The notes under the pieces: generated by a model
Database searches by the model: none
What the model saw: only the letters and a program-made list of their open reading frames with translations
Told to the model about the DNA's origin: nothing
In this document: one piece after another, positions 40,156 through 52,620 of the stretch
How positions within the stretch are numbered: the stretch's first letter is position 1
Layout: each line of letters opens with the position of its first letter
Program-made: the position numbers and the translations under genes
Source of the DNA: Chiloscyllium plagiosum
Taxonomy: Eukaryota
Direction of reading: 5' to 3'
Assembly: GCF_004010195.1 (NCBI RefSeq)
Contig: NC_057728.1
Span: 47,650,166 to 47,714,165, forward strand
Length of the DNA: 64,000 nt

Positions 40156-40369
40156 ATTTGAGGATGCTGGTGTTGGATTGGGATGTACAAAGTTAAAATC
40201 GCATAACACCAGGTTATAGTCCAACAGGTTTAATTGGAAGCACTAGCTTTCAGAGCACTGTTCCTTCATCAGGTGGTTGTGACAACCATCTGATGAAGGA
40301 ACAGCGCTCCAAAAGCTAGTGCTTCCAAATAAACCTGTTGGACTATAACCTGGTGATGTGTGATTTTTA
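40156..40369 (-). mobile_element. Palindromic family A insert, followed by a 163-bp tandem duplication to about 40560
   Basis: TSD aaagtttactgatg at 40142-40155 and 40370-40383; inverted arms with decayed hammerhead motifs. Confidence 0.82.
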
Positions 40370-42124
40370 AAAGTTTACTGATGCTGCATCAGGTTAATGG
40401 AAGCACTAGCTTTCTGAGCACTGTTCCTTCATCAGGTGGTTGTGACAACCATCTGTTGAAGGAACAGCGCTCCAAAAGCTAGTGCTTCCAAATAAACCTG
40501 TTGGACTATAACCTGGTGATGTGTGATTTTTAAAAGTTTACTGATGCTGCATCAGGTTAATCATTGGAATTATTTTAGTGGTTTTGGTGTCTAGTGTTAA
40601 GAGGGAAGGGAGAAGGGCCCTATTCACACATTGTTGGATTTAAATTACTTCAGGATGTTTAGAATCAAATGGACTTCCTGTAATAATATCAAGTAATTTG
40701 TCCCTACAAAGCATCAGCTGGAAATGTGAACTTTTAAAAGGTTTTGTTTTAACATAATTGTGTGCTAGTTATTTTGATATAATTAATATCTGGAAAGGAT
40801 TTCAAACTTTATATAAGCGTAGCAAGTGTAGTTATTTGGGAGTGGCTCCTGCATTCCAAAACATAAAATATAAAGGAAAAGAACTGCCTAGCTGCATTTG
40901 AATAAAATGTATTTCACTTATAATTGATAGGCATTTAACACATCTGTTAGAAGGTTACTTTTATTTCTAATTTATGTTTAGATTATCTTTTAAACCTGAA
41001 AAGCTTTATTTGCTCTTTCTTTATTCCCAAACCAATCAGAAATGTTTTGATGTTGAAACTCTTATATGCCCACCTTCTTCTTAAACAGAGTTCTCTATTA
41101 CCATAGGCTAGGCCACTCAAGAATGTGCTCAAGCATATGAACAAGACCCAATACCTCGAAAGGATCAACTTCATTGGAGCCCAACCCATCCCATCTTGTT
41201 TTATCACAGAAACAAAGACTTGCCCTCTTTCTCTGTAAGGCAAAAACTATCATACAAAGCCATGACAAGAACCATCAAAGAATTGCTGGTACTTTAGCAA
41301 ATCTGCATATTTTTGGTAAGAACACAAGCATCGTATGTCACTTATCTAGTCCATCTCTTTTCTTGAACACTACAATTACCTGAGACTCTGTCCACTGTTT
41401 TCATAAGTTGATATTTAGATATCAATACGTAATATGTGCATTCATATAAATATTAATATGAGCAAATTAATACATAATCATTAATGCTCAATTTTACATG
41501 TTTGGCAACAAAAATAGAAATTGCTGGAAAAGTTCAGCAGGTCTGGCAGCAGCTGTGGAGAGAATCAGAGTTCATGTTTCAGATCGCGTGACCTTTTCTC
41601 AAAAGTTTTTTGGAGTATGTCTGAAAGAACTTCAATTTTTACAGTACCTTTCATGACTTCCAAATGGCTCTATACTGAACTTCAAAGAATTGGGGAAACC
41701 AATAAATTACAGAAAAGTCTAGCAAACCTCAATGAGTCAGATTGCCAGATAACCCACTTTTGTATTGTTGAATTCTGGGGAAAATGTGGATTGCAACAAT
41801 TCCCCTCTTCTTCTGTTGGGGTTTTGGTTCAGATCTGAAATGCTGGCCCAGATCTCATGCTCAGGCTTGCAGACTGTTCAAAGCCAACAATGTTCTGACT
41901 TGGAGGTAAGTGTGCTGACAGATAAGTTCTTAAGAAACATCAGAGTTGCTCTTCTGTCTACCAATGTTGGAATAATTTACAAAAGGATTTTTTGTACACC
42001 AGGCTTAAATTTGCAACTCTAGCAGTGGCTACATCCAGCTTCAGCCTGCTTTAGGATCAAATGCAATAGGAGAAGAATATGGCAACAGCACACTAAAAGA
42101 AAAACAAGAACAAAACAGCTGTAA

Positions 42125-42143
42125 TTTATTGTGAGTATTTATT
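42125..42143 (-). promoter_or_regulatory. Candidate LGR5 polyadenylation signals (two AATAAA)
   Basis: tttatt at 42125-42130 and 42138-42143, followed on the - strand by a GT/T-rich tract (tgttttgttcttgtttttc). Implies a 3'UTR of about 2.4 kb. Confidence 0.55.
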
Positions 42144-43179
42144 TTAACATGTTCTTATTTCCATTCTGAAGTGGAAATTCCAGCAGCCAAACTATTTACA
42201 GCTAAATGTTTACATACATTATTTACAGTCCAAAAGTGAATTCATGGCGAGGCATTTCTATTCAGTATGGCACTTCAAAAATACACAGAAAATATTACAC
42301 TCCACACAAGGGATTGAATTAATGATTCTGTTTTTCCTGGTAAAGCATTACGCAATATCTAGTGTGGATACAAAATCGGTATTGCCCTTAAAACAAATAA
42401 ATACACTTTTATTTTCATAAATGTACATATATTTTATAGATTTTAAGAAAATTCAGGAGTGACAAATGTTTTTGATACTTTAATCTCTAAGACACTTTTT
42501 TTCTTGTTTTTATGGTCAGACTTTGTAGGATTATTGTACTGCAAGTTTTTTTAGTTATGTCATAATTATTATTTTAAAACAATTTCTAATACATATTTAT
42601 TGCAATAATCTTGTGTATATCCATTGCTAAACTACTTAAATTTAGTTTTTGAAAAGTGCAGATCTCTTTACTAAAGATATGAATCTCATAATTAATCATA
42701 TTGTACATAATTTATGTAAATACAGGAATGAATATGTAGTCTATTCTGTGATTTGAATGGGTCATTAATCTTAAGCAGGAATCTTTTGTGACCCAGGAAT
42801 GTAAAAATAAATTGAAGTAATAGTTTCAATAACTAAGCAGAGACAAATTTACAATGTCAAGTCATAATAAAGCGGCAGTGAGTTAAGGTCCAGGTTTATA
42901 TCCCTATCCTAAGATATGATTGAACACAATGATGTTTGGCACATTAACGCTAACATCACTAACAGAAGTTTAGTTAACAGTTATCAGATATTTTTAATGT
43001 AACATGCATTCAGGAATCTGTTGAATCATATGTGCATGTGAACCATCCTTTAACTGACTGTTCTACATAGTGACTTCAGATAATTTAAGAACTTAAAGGT
43101 TGAACCAGTGGAGTAAGGGGAATTGATTTGCTCATCACACTATACTCTTACGAGTTACAGGTGAACTTTATCTCTTTTA

Positions 43180-43730
43180 TAGAATCCCTACAGTATGGAA
43201 GTAGGCCATTCAACCCACCAAATCCATACCAACCCTCCGAAGAGGATCTCACCACATCCTGGTGGTGGCTTATTAGTCTAACGGTATGATTCTCGCTGTA
43301 GGTGAATGTACAAGATGCAAATGTTCGCGGTTCATATCCTTGTTTGTTCAACTCAGTCCTTTATTAATCTTTTCACTGGATAAACATATGGATAAAAATG
43401 GAATGGTGTCAGACAGATGGGCTTCAGATTGGTTCCACAGGTTGGCACATCGAAGACCGAAGTGCCTGTACTCTGCTGTAACATTCTATGTTCTTACCCC
43501 ATGACCCTGCATATCCCATGGCTAACTCATTTAGCCTGCACAACCTTAGACCCAAGGACAATTTAGTACGGCCAATCCACTTAACCTGCACATCTTTGGA
43601 CTATGGGAGTACCTGGAAGAAACTCCACGGATTCAGGGAGAATGTGCAAACTCCATAAGGACAGTCACCCAAAAATGGAATTGAACCCTGATCCCTGGGA
43701 GGCAGCAGTGCCAGCCACTGAGCCACCACA
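43180..43730 (-). mobile_element. V-SINE in the putative LGR5 3'UTR, interrupted by a CR1-tail fragment (about 43370-43495)
   Basis: SINE tail at 43180-43260 and core/head at 43495-43730. Confidence 0.72.
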
Positions 43731-44558
43731 TCTCCTTTATTGATTCAAATAGTTTGGGAGAGGTGTTGAATGGCTACACCTCTTTCATCAATGGACAAAG
43801 TCTGAATAATTAGAATTATCTCAACCAATAAAATGTTAAGTATGTGGACAAAGTAGTAAAAATTAATGAGATGCATCATTCAGAACAAATTTAAATTGAC
43901 GATGTGGATCGGAAGTGTTGCTGTGAGAGGCATATATTCAGCAAACCTATTGCAGTCATTACATTTGAAATCAAGTGTAGTCAGAGTCTAAAGGAAATCA
44001 TATGACATTTGAATGCAGTTTTAGGATATGGTATGATGGGCCTTTTCCATGCTGTAAAATCTCTCTAGCTCTGTGTATTACAGGTAATCTCGTAATCATG
44101 TCACTGGCACTCAAAGTGGTCTGGAGATGAACTACATGAAGGAAGCTCTTCAATATTTCAAGAACTGTGCATTAGGTTTTGAACTATAGTGCATATGCTG
44201 ATAAAGTTTTCAAACTTCCCATCTATGAACTTGAGTTTCAAATAAAATTTGTAATTATGAAGTTCTTATTGGTTGAATCATTGCAGTGGTTGGTTGACAA
44301 TGTGACATCTGAAGAACTTTCTGGAATAATGAAGGTGGCATTCTGATCTTCTGGAGTGTAAAGATTTTTCACATAATCTGATTTCTCTGCCACAGGGTAA
44401 ATGTTTCAGTGGGAAGGGAGGCATCATGCATAAAAATGTGCCATTTAAAACACAAGTGTTTAGAACTATCTGTAGCAACCAGTTCAACCTGGCGTGAAGT
44501 TTCTTTCCATGGTCCTTTACCTTGACAATTAAATGATGGCGAACAAAAATGACTGCTG

Positions 44559-45610
44559 TCAAGTTTCCATCATCTGGTAAGTCAGTGGTCTGGAAGTATT
44601 GATCACTGAGTCACAGCATGCAACATTTCTGCTTCCTGGGCGTGTCACCAGTTCTTGAGTAGAATCACAAGACTGTTTCTCTGCATCTTCTGAATTTATT
44701 GAGGCCAAACTTCTCTGCTTTGATTTCTTCCATAATCGGCCATGCTTCCTCAGAAGTACAAGATCGTCTTTGAAATGTGGGTTAAAAAAAATGTACAGCA
44801 AGGGATTGAGGCATCCTGGCAATGGAAGAATCACTAGGAGTATTGACTTGATTACTTCCGGACTAATAACTGTGAGATTCAGCAAAGAGGAAAATGACAG
44901 GAAAGCCACGGGGCAGTATAGAATACAGTTAGTGAAGAGTAGCCAGGCAACATGTTTAACCATTGAGCAGTCCCAAAGGCTGTGTAGGGCTCCCTTTTCC
45001 AAATGGCAGTAAAGCTTTGTGTAGGTTATTGTCATTACCAGGAAGCAAAGAGAATTCAGCAAAACTAAAGCCACAAGAAAGCCTAAAGTTGAAGGTGCAC
45101 CGAAGGGTAAAGGAAAACAAAGTGGAGAAATCCCGTAATCTCCAATATGGAACAGTGGAAGCATTGCTATTATAGATGCCAGAATCGCACAGAATGTAGC
45201 TGCTATCTTGACGCTAGCCAGAGATTTTCCATGTTTTATATCACATTTTGCACATAGACTGCGTTCAACTGCTGCAACTGTAAGTAGGAAAATGGACATC
45301 TCTGAAGCAAATACAGACAGAAAACCTGCAGCTTGACAGCCAACTCCATTCTCCCACCATGCTCCATATTTTGCAAATCTGCCTAATGTCCACAGATCTA
45401 CAACTGCCAAAATGCCACTATAACCCCCCATCAGAGCGTTCGCGAGTGACATGAGGCCTATTAAAAGTTTCGGTGGGGCAATAAATGCCGGAGATCCAAA
45501 AACTGTTGTGGCGACTAAACCATTGCAGACAAGAGAGAGCAAAACAATACTCCATACACCAAGACGTATCATCCAACTACCAAACAGGTGATCACACGGC
45601 TTGAAGGGTC
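44559..45610 (-). CDS. LGR5: LGR5 terminal coding exon: 7TM GPCR domain and C-tail
   Basis: ttgtag| acceptor at 45612-45611; (G)PFKPCDHLFGSWMIR, FASEMSIFLLTVAAVER, TNCILYCPVAF, PLPGCLNPLLY, SINSEDAEKQSCDSTQELVT. The tail motif and adjacency to ZFC3H1 favour LGR5 over LGR4/6. Confidence 0.95.
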
Positions 45611-46560
45611 CTACAATTAAGAAGAACATAATTTAATTGATATGAACATGTTATTATTTCCACATCTTACTATGAAAATCCATTTGACGTGGGTTATTTT
45701 GACTTGGTGCGATAGCGACAGGCTTTGCATATTGGAAGTACCAGACTGTTTTAACTACTCACTTACTTGAAATCAACAAAAATAATAACTGGGAAACAAC
45801 CCATTTTACATTCAGGCACTAAACCAAAACTACTTGAAATGAAATTTAGTTGCAAATTATCTCCAAAGGAAAATTCTTTCCAAAGGCAAAATTTAAGTGT
45901 TCAACATTTTCATTATCAGAATTTAAGTCAATTTTATATTTGAATAAAATCAATACAAAATATGAAACATTTTTTTCAAAGCCATACATTTCCTACTTTA
46001 TTCAAATTCTTTGCAATCCGATGTATACCAAGTCAGATTAGAATGTAAAGTGAATTTATAGATTAATCGATGCTTACAGAATTGAAGCAGGACACTCAGT
46101 TCATCATGTCCATATTAGCCAACAAAAATCTGAAAATTAATCCAATTTTCTAGCTTTGAGCTGTATCCATGCAGGCTATGGCTACACAATTGAGTATCTA
46201 AACACTGAATGTTATGAGAGTTTCTGGCTCAATGAGTTCCAGACTCTCACCACACCCCGGCTGGAAAAAATCTCCCTTTCCTTCTATTTATTCATTAAAT
46301 AAAACATCAGCTGGAATTTATAATAGTGTTTTTAACTGAATAACCTCTCATAAGACATTTCAGAACTGTGTTATTAAATAAAACATTGATACCCAAAGGA
46401 GAATATAACCAAAAGCCTGCTCAAAGGGGAGTTGTAAGGAGCATGTTAAGAAAGAAAGAGGTAGAGTCAGAGGGTGTCAAAGCTTGGGCATCTAAAACCA
46501 TAGCCATCAATTATGGAGCAATTAAAACCAGAGAGCTAGATGAGAGTGGATATTTCATTG

Positions 46561-46774
46561 CTGAAAATGTGTTGCTGGAAAAGCGCAGCAGGTCAGGCAG
46601 CATCCAGGGAACAGGAGAATCGACGTTTCGGGCATAAGCCCTTCTTCAGGAAGAAGGGCTTATGCCCGAAACATCGATTCTCCTGTTCCCTGGATGCTGC
46701 CTGACCTGCTGCGCTTTTCCAGCAACACATTTTCAGCTCTGATCTCCAGCATCTGCAGACCTCACTTTCTCCCC
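46561..46774. mobile_element. Young fold-back Penelope-derived insert (family B)
   Basis: Perfect 14-bp TSD tggatatttcattg at 46547-46560 and 46775-46788; near-perfect ~87-bp inverted arms. Confidence 0.88.
46620..46651 (-). ncRNA. Minimal hammerhead ribozyme motif (family B)
   Basis: UC-CUGAAGA-A-GGGC(UUAU)GCCC-GAA-ACGU-C-GA; helix I is short. Confidence 0.6.
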
Positions 46775-47084
46775 TGGATATTTCATTGGGCTGGCAAAGA
46801 TTGCAAGAATAGAGATTTAAAACATTCTGCACAGAGCAATTGTGGAAAGGACTTCCTATCAAAAAAACATAGGCAGCACAGTTTGTAACCTTGAGTTCAT
46901 GGTTGGTACAATGTGGGAGGTCAGGCAGCAGCATATTAGTCAAGTCTAACGGTAACAAGGGATTAAGGTGAGGAAGGGGCAAAGAAAGGTAATGTTATGA
47001 AGATGGAAAGAAGGAATCTTAATGCAGATATGAATATGTGGTTGCAAGCTCATCTCAGGGCCCATATAAAATGGGGACAGACTG

Positions 47085-47310
47085 AAACAAAAACAGAAAT
47101 TGCTTGAGAAACTCAACAGATTTGTCAGCCTCTGTGGAGAGAAAAACGGAGATAACATTTCAGGTCCAGTAACCTTTCTTCAGGGTGTTGTTAAGAAGGG
47201 TCACGGGACCTGAAATATTGATTCTGCTTTCTCTCCATAGATGCTGCCAGACCTGTTGGGTTTCTCCAGCAATTTCGGTTTTGGGCAGATTTCCAGCATC
47301 CACAAGTTTC
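47085..47310. mobile_element. Older fold-back Penelope-derived insert
   Basis: Diverged inverted arms; decayed ctgaagaa-ggtcac..gacc-gaaa motif on both strands. Confidence 0.65.
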
Positions 47311-47939
47311 ATTTTACTGTGAACAGATGGGTTGAGTTTCAAACAACTGCCAGGGTAAGATATGAAGTTAGTAGTTAGGGAACAATATTTGGAGTGGGAC
47401 AGGAAACAATAGCTTCAGTCTTTCCAATACTTAACAGAGGAAATTTCTGTTCATCCAGTAATAGATGACAGATAAATAACATAATTATTTCGAAATGGTG
47501 AAATGATGGTGGTGAAGTAGAGTTGGGTGTTATCTATGTACATGTGAAAACTAACACTAAGTTGGGATGATATCACCAGGGCTGTATGTGAATGAGAAAT
47601 AGGAGGGTCAAGGATACATCCTTGATGGACACCAGAAATGACAGGAGGAGATGCCATTGCAAGTGGCATTTTGGCTATGATTAGAAAGATAAGAATAGAT
47701 CCAAGTAAGTGCTGTCTCACCCAAATGAATGGCATTGGAGAAGTATTGGATAAGGATGGTATTTGACAAAGAACAAATTATTTTGGAAATCATAAAATGG
47801 ATACAGATGATTCAGACAATTTTCGCTCAACTATTGCTAACATTTAACTCTTCCTAAGATATTTGTCTCCAATACATCATCTAGTAGTCCATTCCACAGA
47901 TTGCTCACAGTCCACATGAAGAACTTCCTTTCTTTTAGT

Positions 47940-49100
47940 TGTTTAAGAGATATGGCATTGCTGGCTAGGCCAGCAGTTATTGTCCACCTCGAAGTGCCCT
48001 TGAGAAGGTGGTGATGAGCTGCATTCTTGAACTGCTGCAGCTCAGTCTCAGACTGCTATTAAGAGGAGAGTTCCAGGATTTCGACTCAGTAACAGAATGG
48101 CGATACATTTCCAAGTCAGGGTGGTAAACTGATGGGAGTGGATCTTCCAGGTGGTGGTGTTTTCCTGTGTCTTCTGCCCTGTCCGTCTAGATGATAGAGG
48201 TTAAGGGTAGGGAAACTGCAGGTGGAAAGAGGCTTGGTGAGTTGCCCCAGTGCATCCTGTTGATGGTGTACACTGCTGCCACTAAGCATCAGTGGTGATG
48301 GGAGTGAATAGTGAAGATGGTGGCTGGGATGCCAGCCAAGTGGGCTGCTTTGGACTGGATGGTGAGGAGCATTTTGTGCAGCTGCACCCATCCAGGCAAG
48401 TGGAGAGCATTCCATCACTATCCTGACTTGTGCCTTGTAGATGGTGGCCAGGAATGACAGAGTTTTGCCACAGGATTTCTAGCATCCAACTTACAATTAT
48501 CAATGAACATCCCATGTCTGACCTTCTAATGGAGAGAAGGTAATTGATGAAGCAACTGAGGATTTGGGCCAAGACCTGTACGCAAAAAATCCTGCAGAGA
48601 TGTCCCATGACAAGATGAATGACCTCCAACAACCACAACCATTTTTCTTTGTGCTAGGAGTAACTCCAATTATTAGAGGGGGGTTTCCCTTGATTGCCAT
48701 TGACTCCAGTTCTGCGAGGGATCCTTGATGCAATGCTCCATCAACTGCAATCAACTGCAGCTCACCTCCGGAATTCAGCTCTTTAGTTCACATTTGGGCC
48801 AAGGTTGGAATGAGGTCAAGAGTTGAGTGGCCCTAGTGAAACCCCTCATTCCTGATGAAGGGCTCCTGCCCGAAATGGAAATTCTCCTGCTTCTCGGATG
48901 CTACATGACTTGCTGTGCTTTTCCAGCACCACACACTCTCAACTAGTGAAATCCAAGCTGAGTGTTTATGAGCAGGTTATTGCTGAGTTAGTAGCACTGC
49001 TTACAGTCATTCCATCACTTTGCTGATGATTGAGAATAGACTAAAATGGCAGTAATCAGCCAGATTGGATTTGTCTGGTGTTTAATTTTCAGGACATACT
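47940..49100 (-). mobile_element. Degraded LINE 3' part (CR1/L2 group), with a nested family-B insert at 48845-48942
   Basis: MECSPLAWMGAA peptide and tail shared with the SINE at 50188-50530; nested insert has TSD ctagtgaaa(c/t)cc at 48833-48844 and 48943-48954. Confidence 0.72.
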
Positions 49101-49389
49101 TGGGCTGCTAAACATTGGTTCTAAGTCTGCAATTTTTAATTTGAAGATTTTGCTAATTAAATGTATTTCTGAAAGTGAACCCTTGCTCAACTTCCAGTCT
49201 CCAATTTCTGTTGCTGAGTTTCATACCATTGTTGTGACTGGGATCACTTAGCCAAGCATAGACCAGGGGTCAAACCTACTTATTTCTCGTCTTTGGGATC
49301 AGCTGCTTGTGGAATCATTGTGGAGGGCAAGCACCGAGGTTTTTGTTTGAAAAAGGATACAAAATTGCTATTTAATGCTTTCAATTTAC

Positions 49390-49473
49390 CTGGAACTGGA
49401 GCACATTGGACAGAATGATGGACCTTAGGATCTTCTTCAAAGTCTGTTAGCAAATCGTCAGTGTCCTGATCAT
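49390..49473 (-). CDS. LGR5: LGR5 hinge exon (84 nt)
   Basis: tgtgcag| acceptor, G|gtaaat donor; (D)DQDTDDLLTDFEEDPKVHHSVQCAPVP(G). Confidence 0.92.
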
Positions 49474-50187
49474 CTGCACATTACATATAATTTAGTAGTC
49501 ATTATGCATTAAATAAATTTTGTCCTGCACACACAAACATTCTGTTGCTAGCCTTCTTTCACAAACAGGCAATGCATTCTGAACCCTATAAATAACCTCA
49601 TGCATCTTTCCTACATTATCTTAGATTTTGCCCATCGATATCCACCAATAGGCAATGCTACTGTAATTGCCATCATGTTTTCTAAAGGGTGCATCATCAA
49701 AAAGATGAAGGTCTTGTGGCACTGCCTCTGAACTAGAAGCTCTTTGTTCCAAGTTCCATTATAGGTCTTCATGCCAAGGAAGATGCATTCATAACATAAT
49801 TTCAGCATACTCCATTGGCAGGCAATATGAGTGGGAGAGATTCCTGGGCAGTGATGTGTTGGAAAGAAATTCAAATTTCTACCTTCATTGTCCATTGCTT
49901 ATTGGCTATAGCATGTGTGTAAACAGGTACTTACTGCTGCAACTTGGATCCCTTGGAGGGGATGGTTGGCTCAGTTGACTGGGTGACCGGTGTGGATAGG
50001 ATTGGTGCCACCAGCACAGGGTTCAAACACCATTCAAGGGTAGATTTGGGACCTGTCTCCTTCCCCTGCCCATGGTGGAGGCTGTGGCATGGTGGGTTGG
50101 ACCTGCCATCAGGCAGAGAACTCTTTTCTTTAAGAAAATGATAATCGGTGAGACTACTTGTCTCAATACTTAAGACTTCTTTCTTAT

Positions 50188-50530
50188 TCATTCGTGGGAT
50201 GTGGGCTTCACTGGCCAGGCCAGTATTTATTACCCATCCCTAAATGCCCAGAGGGCAGTTCAGTGTCAGCCACATTGCTGTGTGTCTAGAGTCATATGTA
50301 GGCCAGAGCAGTTTCCTTCCCTAAATGACATTAGTGAGCCAGATGTGTTTTTCCAACAACCAACAATGGTTTTCCATGGTCACCATTAGACTCCTAATTC
50401 CAGACTTTTAAAATGGAATTCAAATTCCACCATCTACTCTGGCAGAATTTCAACCCAGGTCATCAGAACATTACTAGGGTCTCTGGATTAATACTCTAAT
50501 GATAATACTACTTGGTCATTGCCTTCCCCC
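50188..50530 (-). mobile_element. SINE sharing its 3' tail with the LINE at 47940-49100
   Basis: Tail cattcgtgggatgtgggcttcactggccaggccagtatttatt on the + strand. Confidence 0.65.
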
Positions 50531-50721
50531 AGAAATTAGAATATAATAGAGTATGGTGCCCCAACCTTTGAGCTAGGACAGATGGATTCAAGTCTTGCCT
50601 GAGTTGCATTATATCATACTCATGTAGGCTGAATACAAATACTTGTAGAGAAATAGCACAATATCAATCATCAAGTGCTCAGAGATAAATTGAAATCTAG
50701 AACAATGTGCTTTCTGTTTTC

Positions 50722-52070
50722 CTGAGGGAGAACTAGCTATTTGGATGCAGAACTGACTTGAAGGTAGAAGGCAGAGGGTGGTGGAGGAGGGTTGCCTTTC
50801 AGACTGGAGGCCTGTGACCAGTGGAGTGCCACAAGGATTGGTGCTGGGTCCACTGCTTTTCGTCATCTATGTAAATGATTTGGATGTGAACATAGAATGC
50901 ATGTTTAGTAAATTTGCAGATGATACTAAAATTGGAGGTGGAGTGGGCAGTGAAGAAGGTTACCTAAGAGTACAACAGAGTCTTGATCTGATGGGCCAAT
51001 GGGCTGAGGAGTGGGGCGGCACAGTGGCTCAGTAGTTAGCACTGCTGCCTCACAGCACCAGGATCCCAGGTTTGATTCCAACCTTGTGTGAGTGTCTATG
51101 CAGAGTTTGCACATTCTCCCTGTGTCTGTGTGGGTTTCCTCCCACAGTCCAAAGATGTGCAGGTCAGGTGAATTGGCCATGCTAAATTGCCCATAGTGCG
51201 AGATGCATTAGTCAGAGGGAAATGGGTCTGGGTGGGTTACTCTTCAGAGGGTCAGTGTGTACTGGTTGGGCAGAAGAGCCTGTTTCCACACTGTAGGGAA
51301 TCTAATTTAGATAAATGCGAAGTGCTGCATTTTGGAAAGGCAAATCAGGGCAGGACGTATACACTTAATGGTAAGGTCCTGGGGAGTGTTGCTGAACAAA
51401 GAGACCTTGGAGTGCAGATACATAGTTCCTTGAAAATAGAGTCGTAGGTAGATAGGATAGTGAAGGTGGCATTTGGTATGCTTGCCTTTATTGGTCATTT
51501 CGCTGAGTATAGCAGTTGGGAGGTCATGTTGCAGCTGTACAGGACATTGATTAGGCCACTTTTGGAATATTGCATGCAATTCTGGCCTCCCTCCTATCAG
51601 AAGGATATTGTGAATCTTGAAAGGTTCTGAAAAGATTTATAAGGATGTGGCTAGGGTTGGAGGGTTTGAGGTATAGGAAGAGGTTGAATAGGCTGGGGCA
51701 GTTTTCCCTTGAACATTGGAGGCTGAGGGGTGACCTTTATAGAGGTTGATAAAATCATGAGGGGCATTGCTAGGGTAAATAGGCAAGGTCTTTTTCCCGC
51801 AATGGGTAAGTCCAAAACTAGAGGGCATAGATTTAAGGTGAGTGAGGCAAGATTTAAAAGGGACCTAAAGGGCATGTTTTTCCTGCAAAGGGTGGAGTGC
51901 GCATGGAATGAGCTGCCAGAGGAAGTGGTGGAGGCTGGTACAATTACAACATGTAAAAGGCATCTGGTTGGGTATATGAATAGGAAAGGTTTAGAGACTT
52001 ATATAGGATGTCTGGTCGGCCATTGGTGAGTTGGACCAAAGAGTCTATTTCCGAGCTGTATATCTCTAAT
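50722..52070 (+). mobile_element. 5'-truncated CR1 LINE with a nested V-SINE (51013-51308)
   Basis: VTSGVPQGLVLGPLLFVIYVNDLD...KFADDTKIGG; the RT resumes after the SINE (DKCEVLHFGKAN). Confidence 0.92.
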
Positions 52071-52099
52071 AGTTATAATAGATTTTGGAGCTGAATTTA

Positions 52100-52426
52100 G
52101 GGGCAGCACGGTGGCCCAGTGGTTAGCACTGCTGCCTCACAGCATCAGGGACCCAGGTTCGATTCCCGTCTGTCTGTGTGGAGTTTGCATATTCTCCCCG
52201 TGTCTGTGTGGGTTTCCTCCGGGTGCTCCGGTTTCCTCCCACAATCCAAAGATGTGCAGGTCAGGTGAATTGGCCATGCTAAATTGCCCACAGTGTTAGG
52301 TGCTTTAGTCAGGGGTAAATATAGGGTATGGAATGGGTTTGGATGGGTTTCTCTTCGGAGGGGCGGTGTGGGCTTGTTGGGCTGAAGGGCCTGTTTCCAC
52401 ACTGTGGAGACTCTAATCTAATCTAA
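52100..52426 (+). mobile_element. Full-length V-SINE (HE1-like)
   Basis: Head, core and ctaatctaatctaat tail; ends about 50 bp from an LGR5 donor site. Confidence 0.9.
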
Positions 52427-52474
52427 TTTCAGTGGTTTAGCACATTCAGTAGCAGGTTGGTCATTTACCATTAC

Positions 52475-52620
52475 CTTGACCAGACAGCATTCCAGCATCC
52501 TGTTTGTGAGCTTCCTCCTCACTGTTGTTCTCAACTTTCTCCCACTGATTTGTGAGTTTGTAGGAACTTTCACAAGATCCATATGCACAGCATTGGTAAG
52601 CATAGGGCATTTCTAACACC
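52475..52620 (-). CDS. LGR5: LGR5 LRRCT/hinge exon (146 nt)
   Basis: ttcacag| acceptor, G|gtaatg donor; VLEMPYAYQCCAYGSCESSYKLTNQWEKVENNSEEEAHKQDAGMLSGQ (hallmark PYAYQCC). Confidence 0.95.

Noticed and set aside
40156..40560. Repeat-spacer-like pattern suggestive of CRISPR or a miRNA hairpin
   Set aside because: Vertebrate context, no cas genes; explained by a palindromic mobile element plus a tandem duplication.
44278..44562. 94-aa ORF right after the LGR5 stop
   Set aside because: Starts at TTG within the 3'UTR; only its first ~9 codons are informative (see the frameshift finding).
45611..45629. ATG start of the 356-aa ORF (MFFLIV)
   Set aside because: Intronic; the exon begins at the acceptor at 45610 and splices in phase to 49390.
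49611..49945. Possible extra LGR5 exon (gtaagt donor near 49934, 94-aa ORF)
   Set aside because: No LGR similarity, and exons 52475-52620 and 49390-49473 already join in phase.
52100..52175. tRNA-like sequence with A/B boxes (also at other SINE heads)
   Set aside because: SINE head continuing into the V-SINE core; not a tRNA gene.
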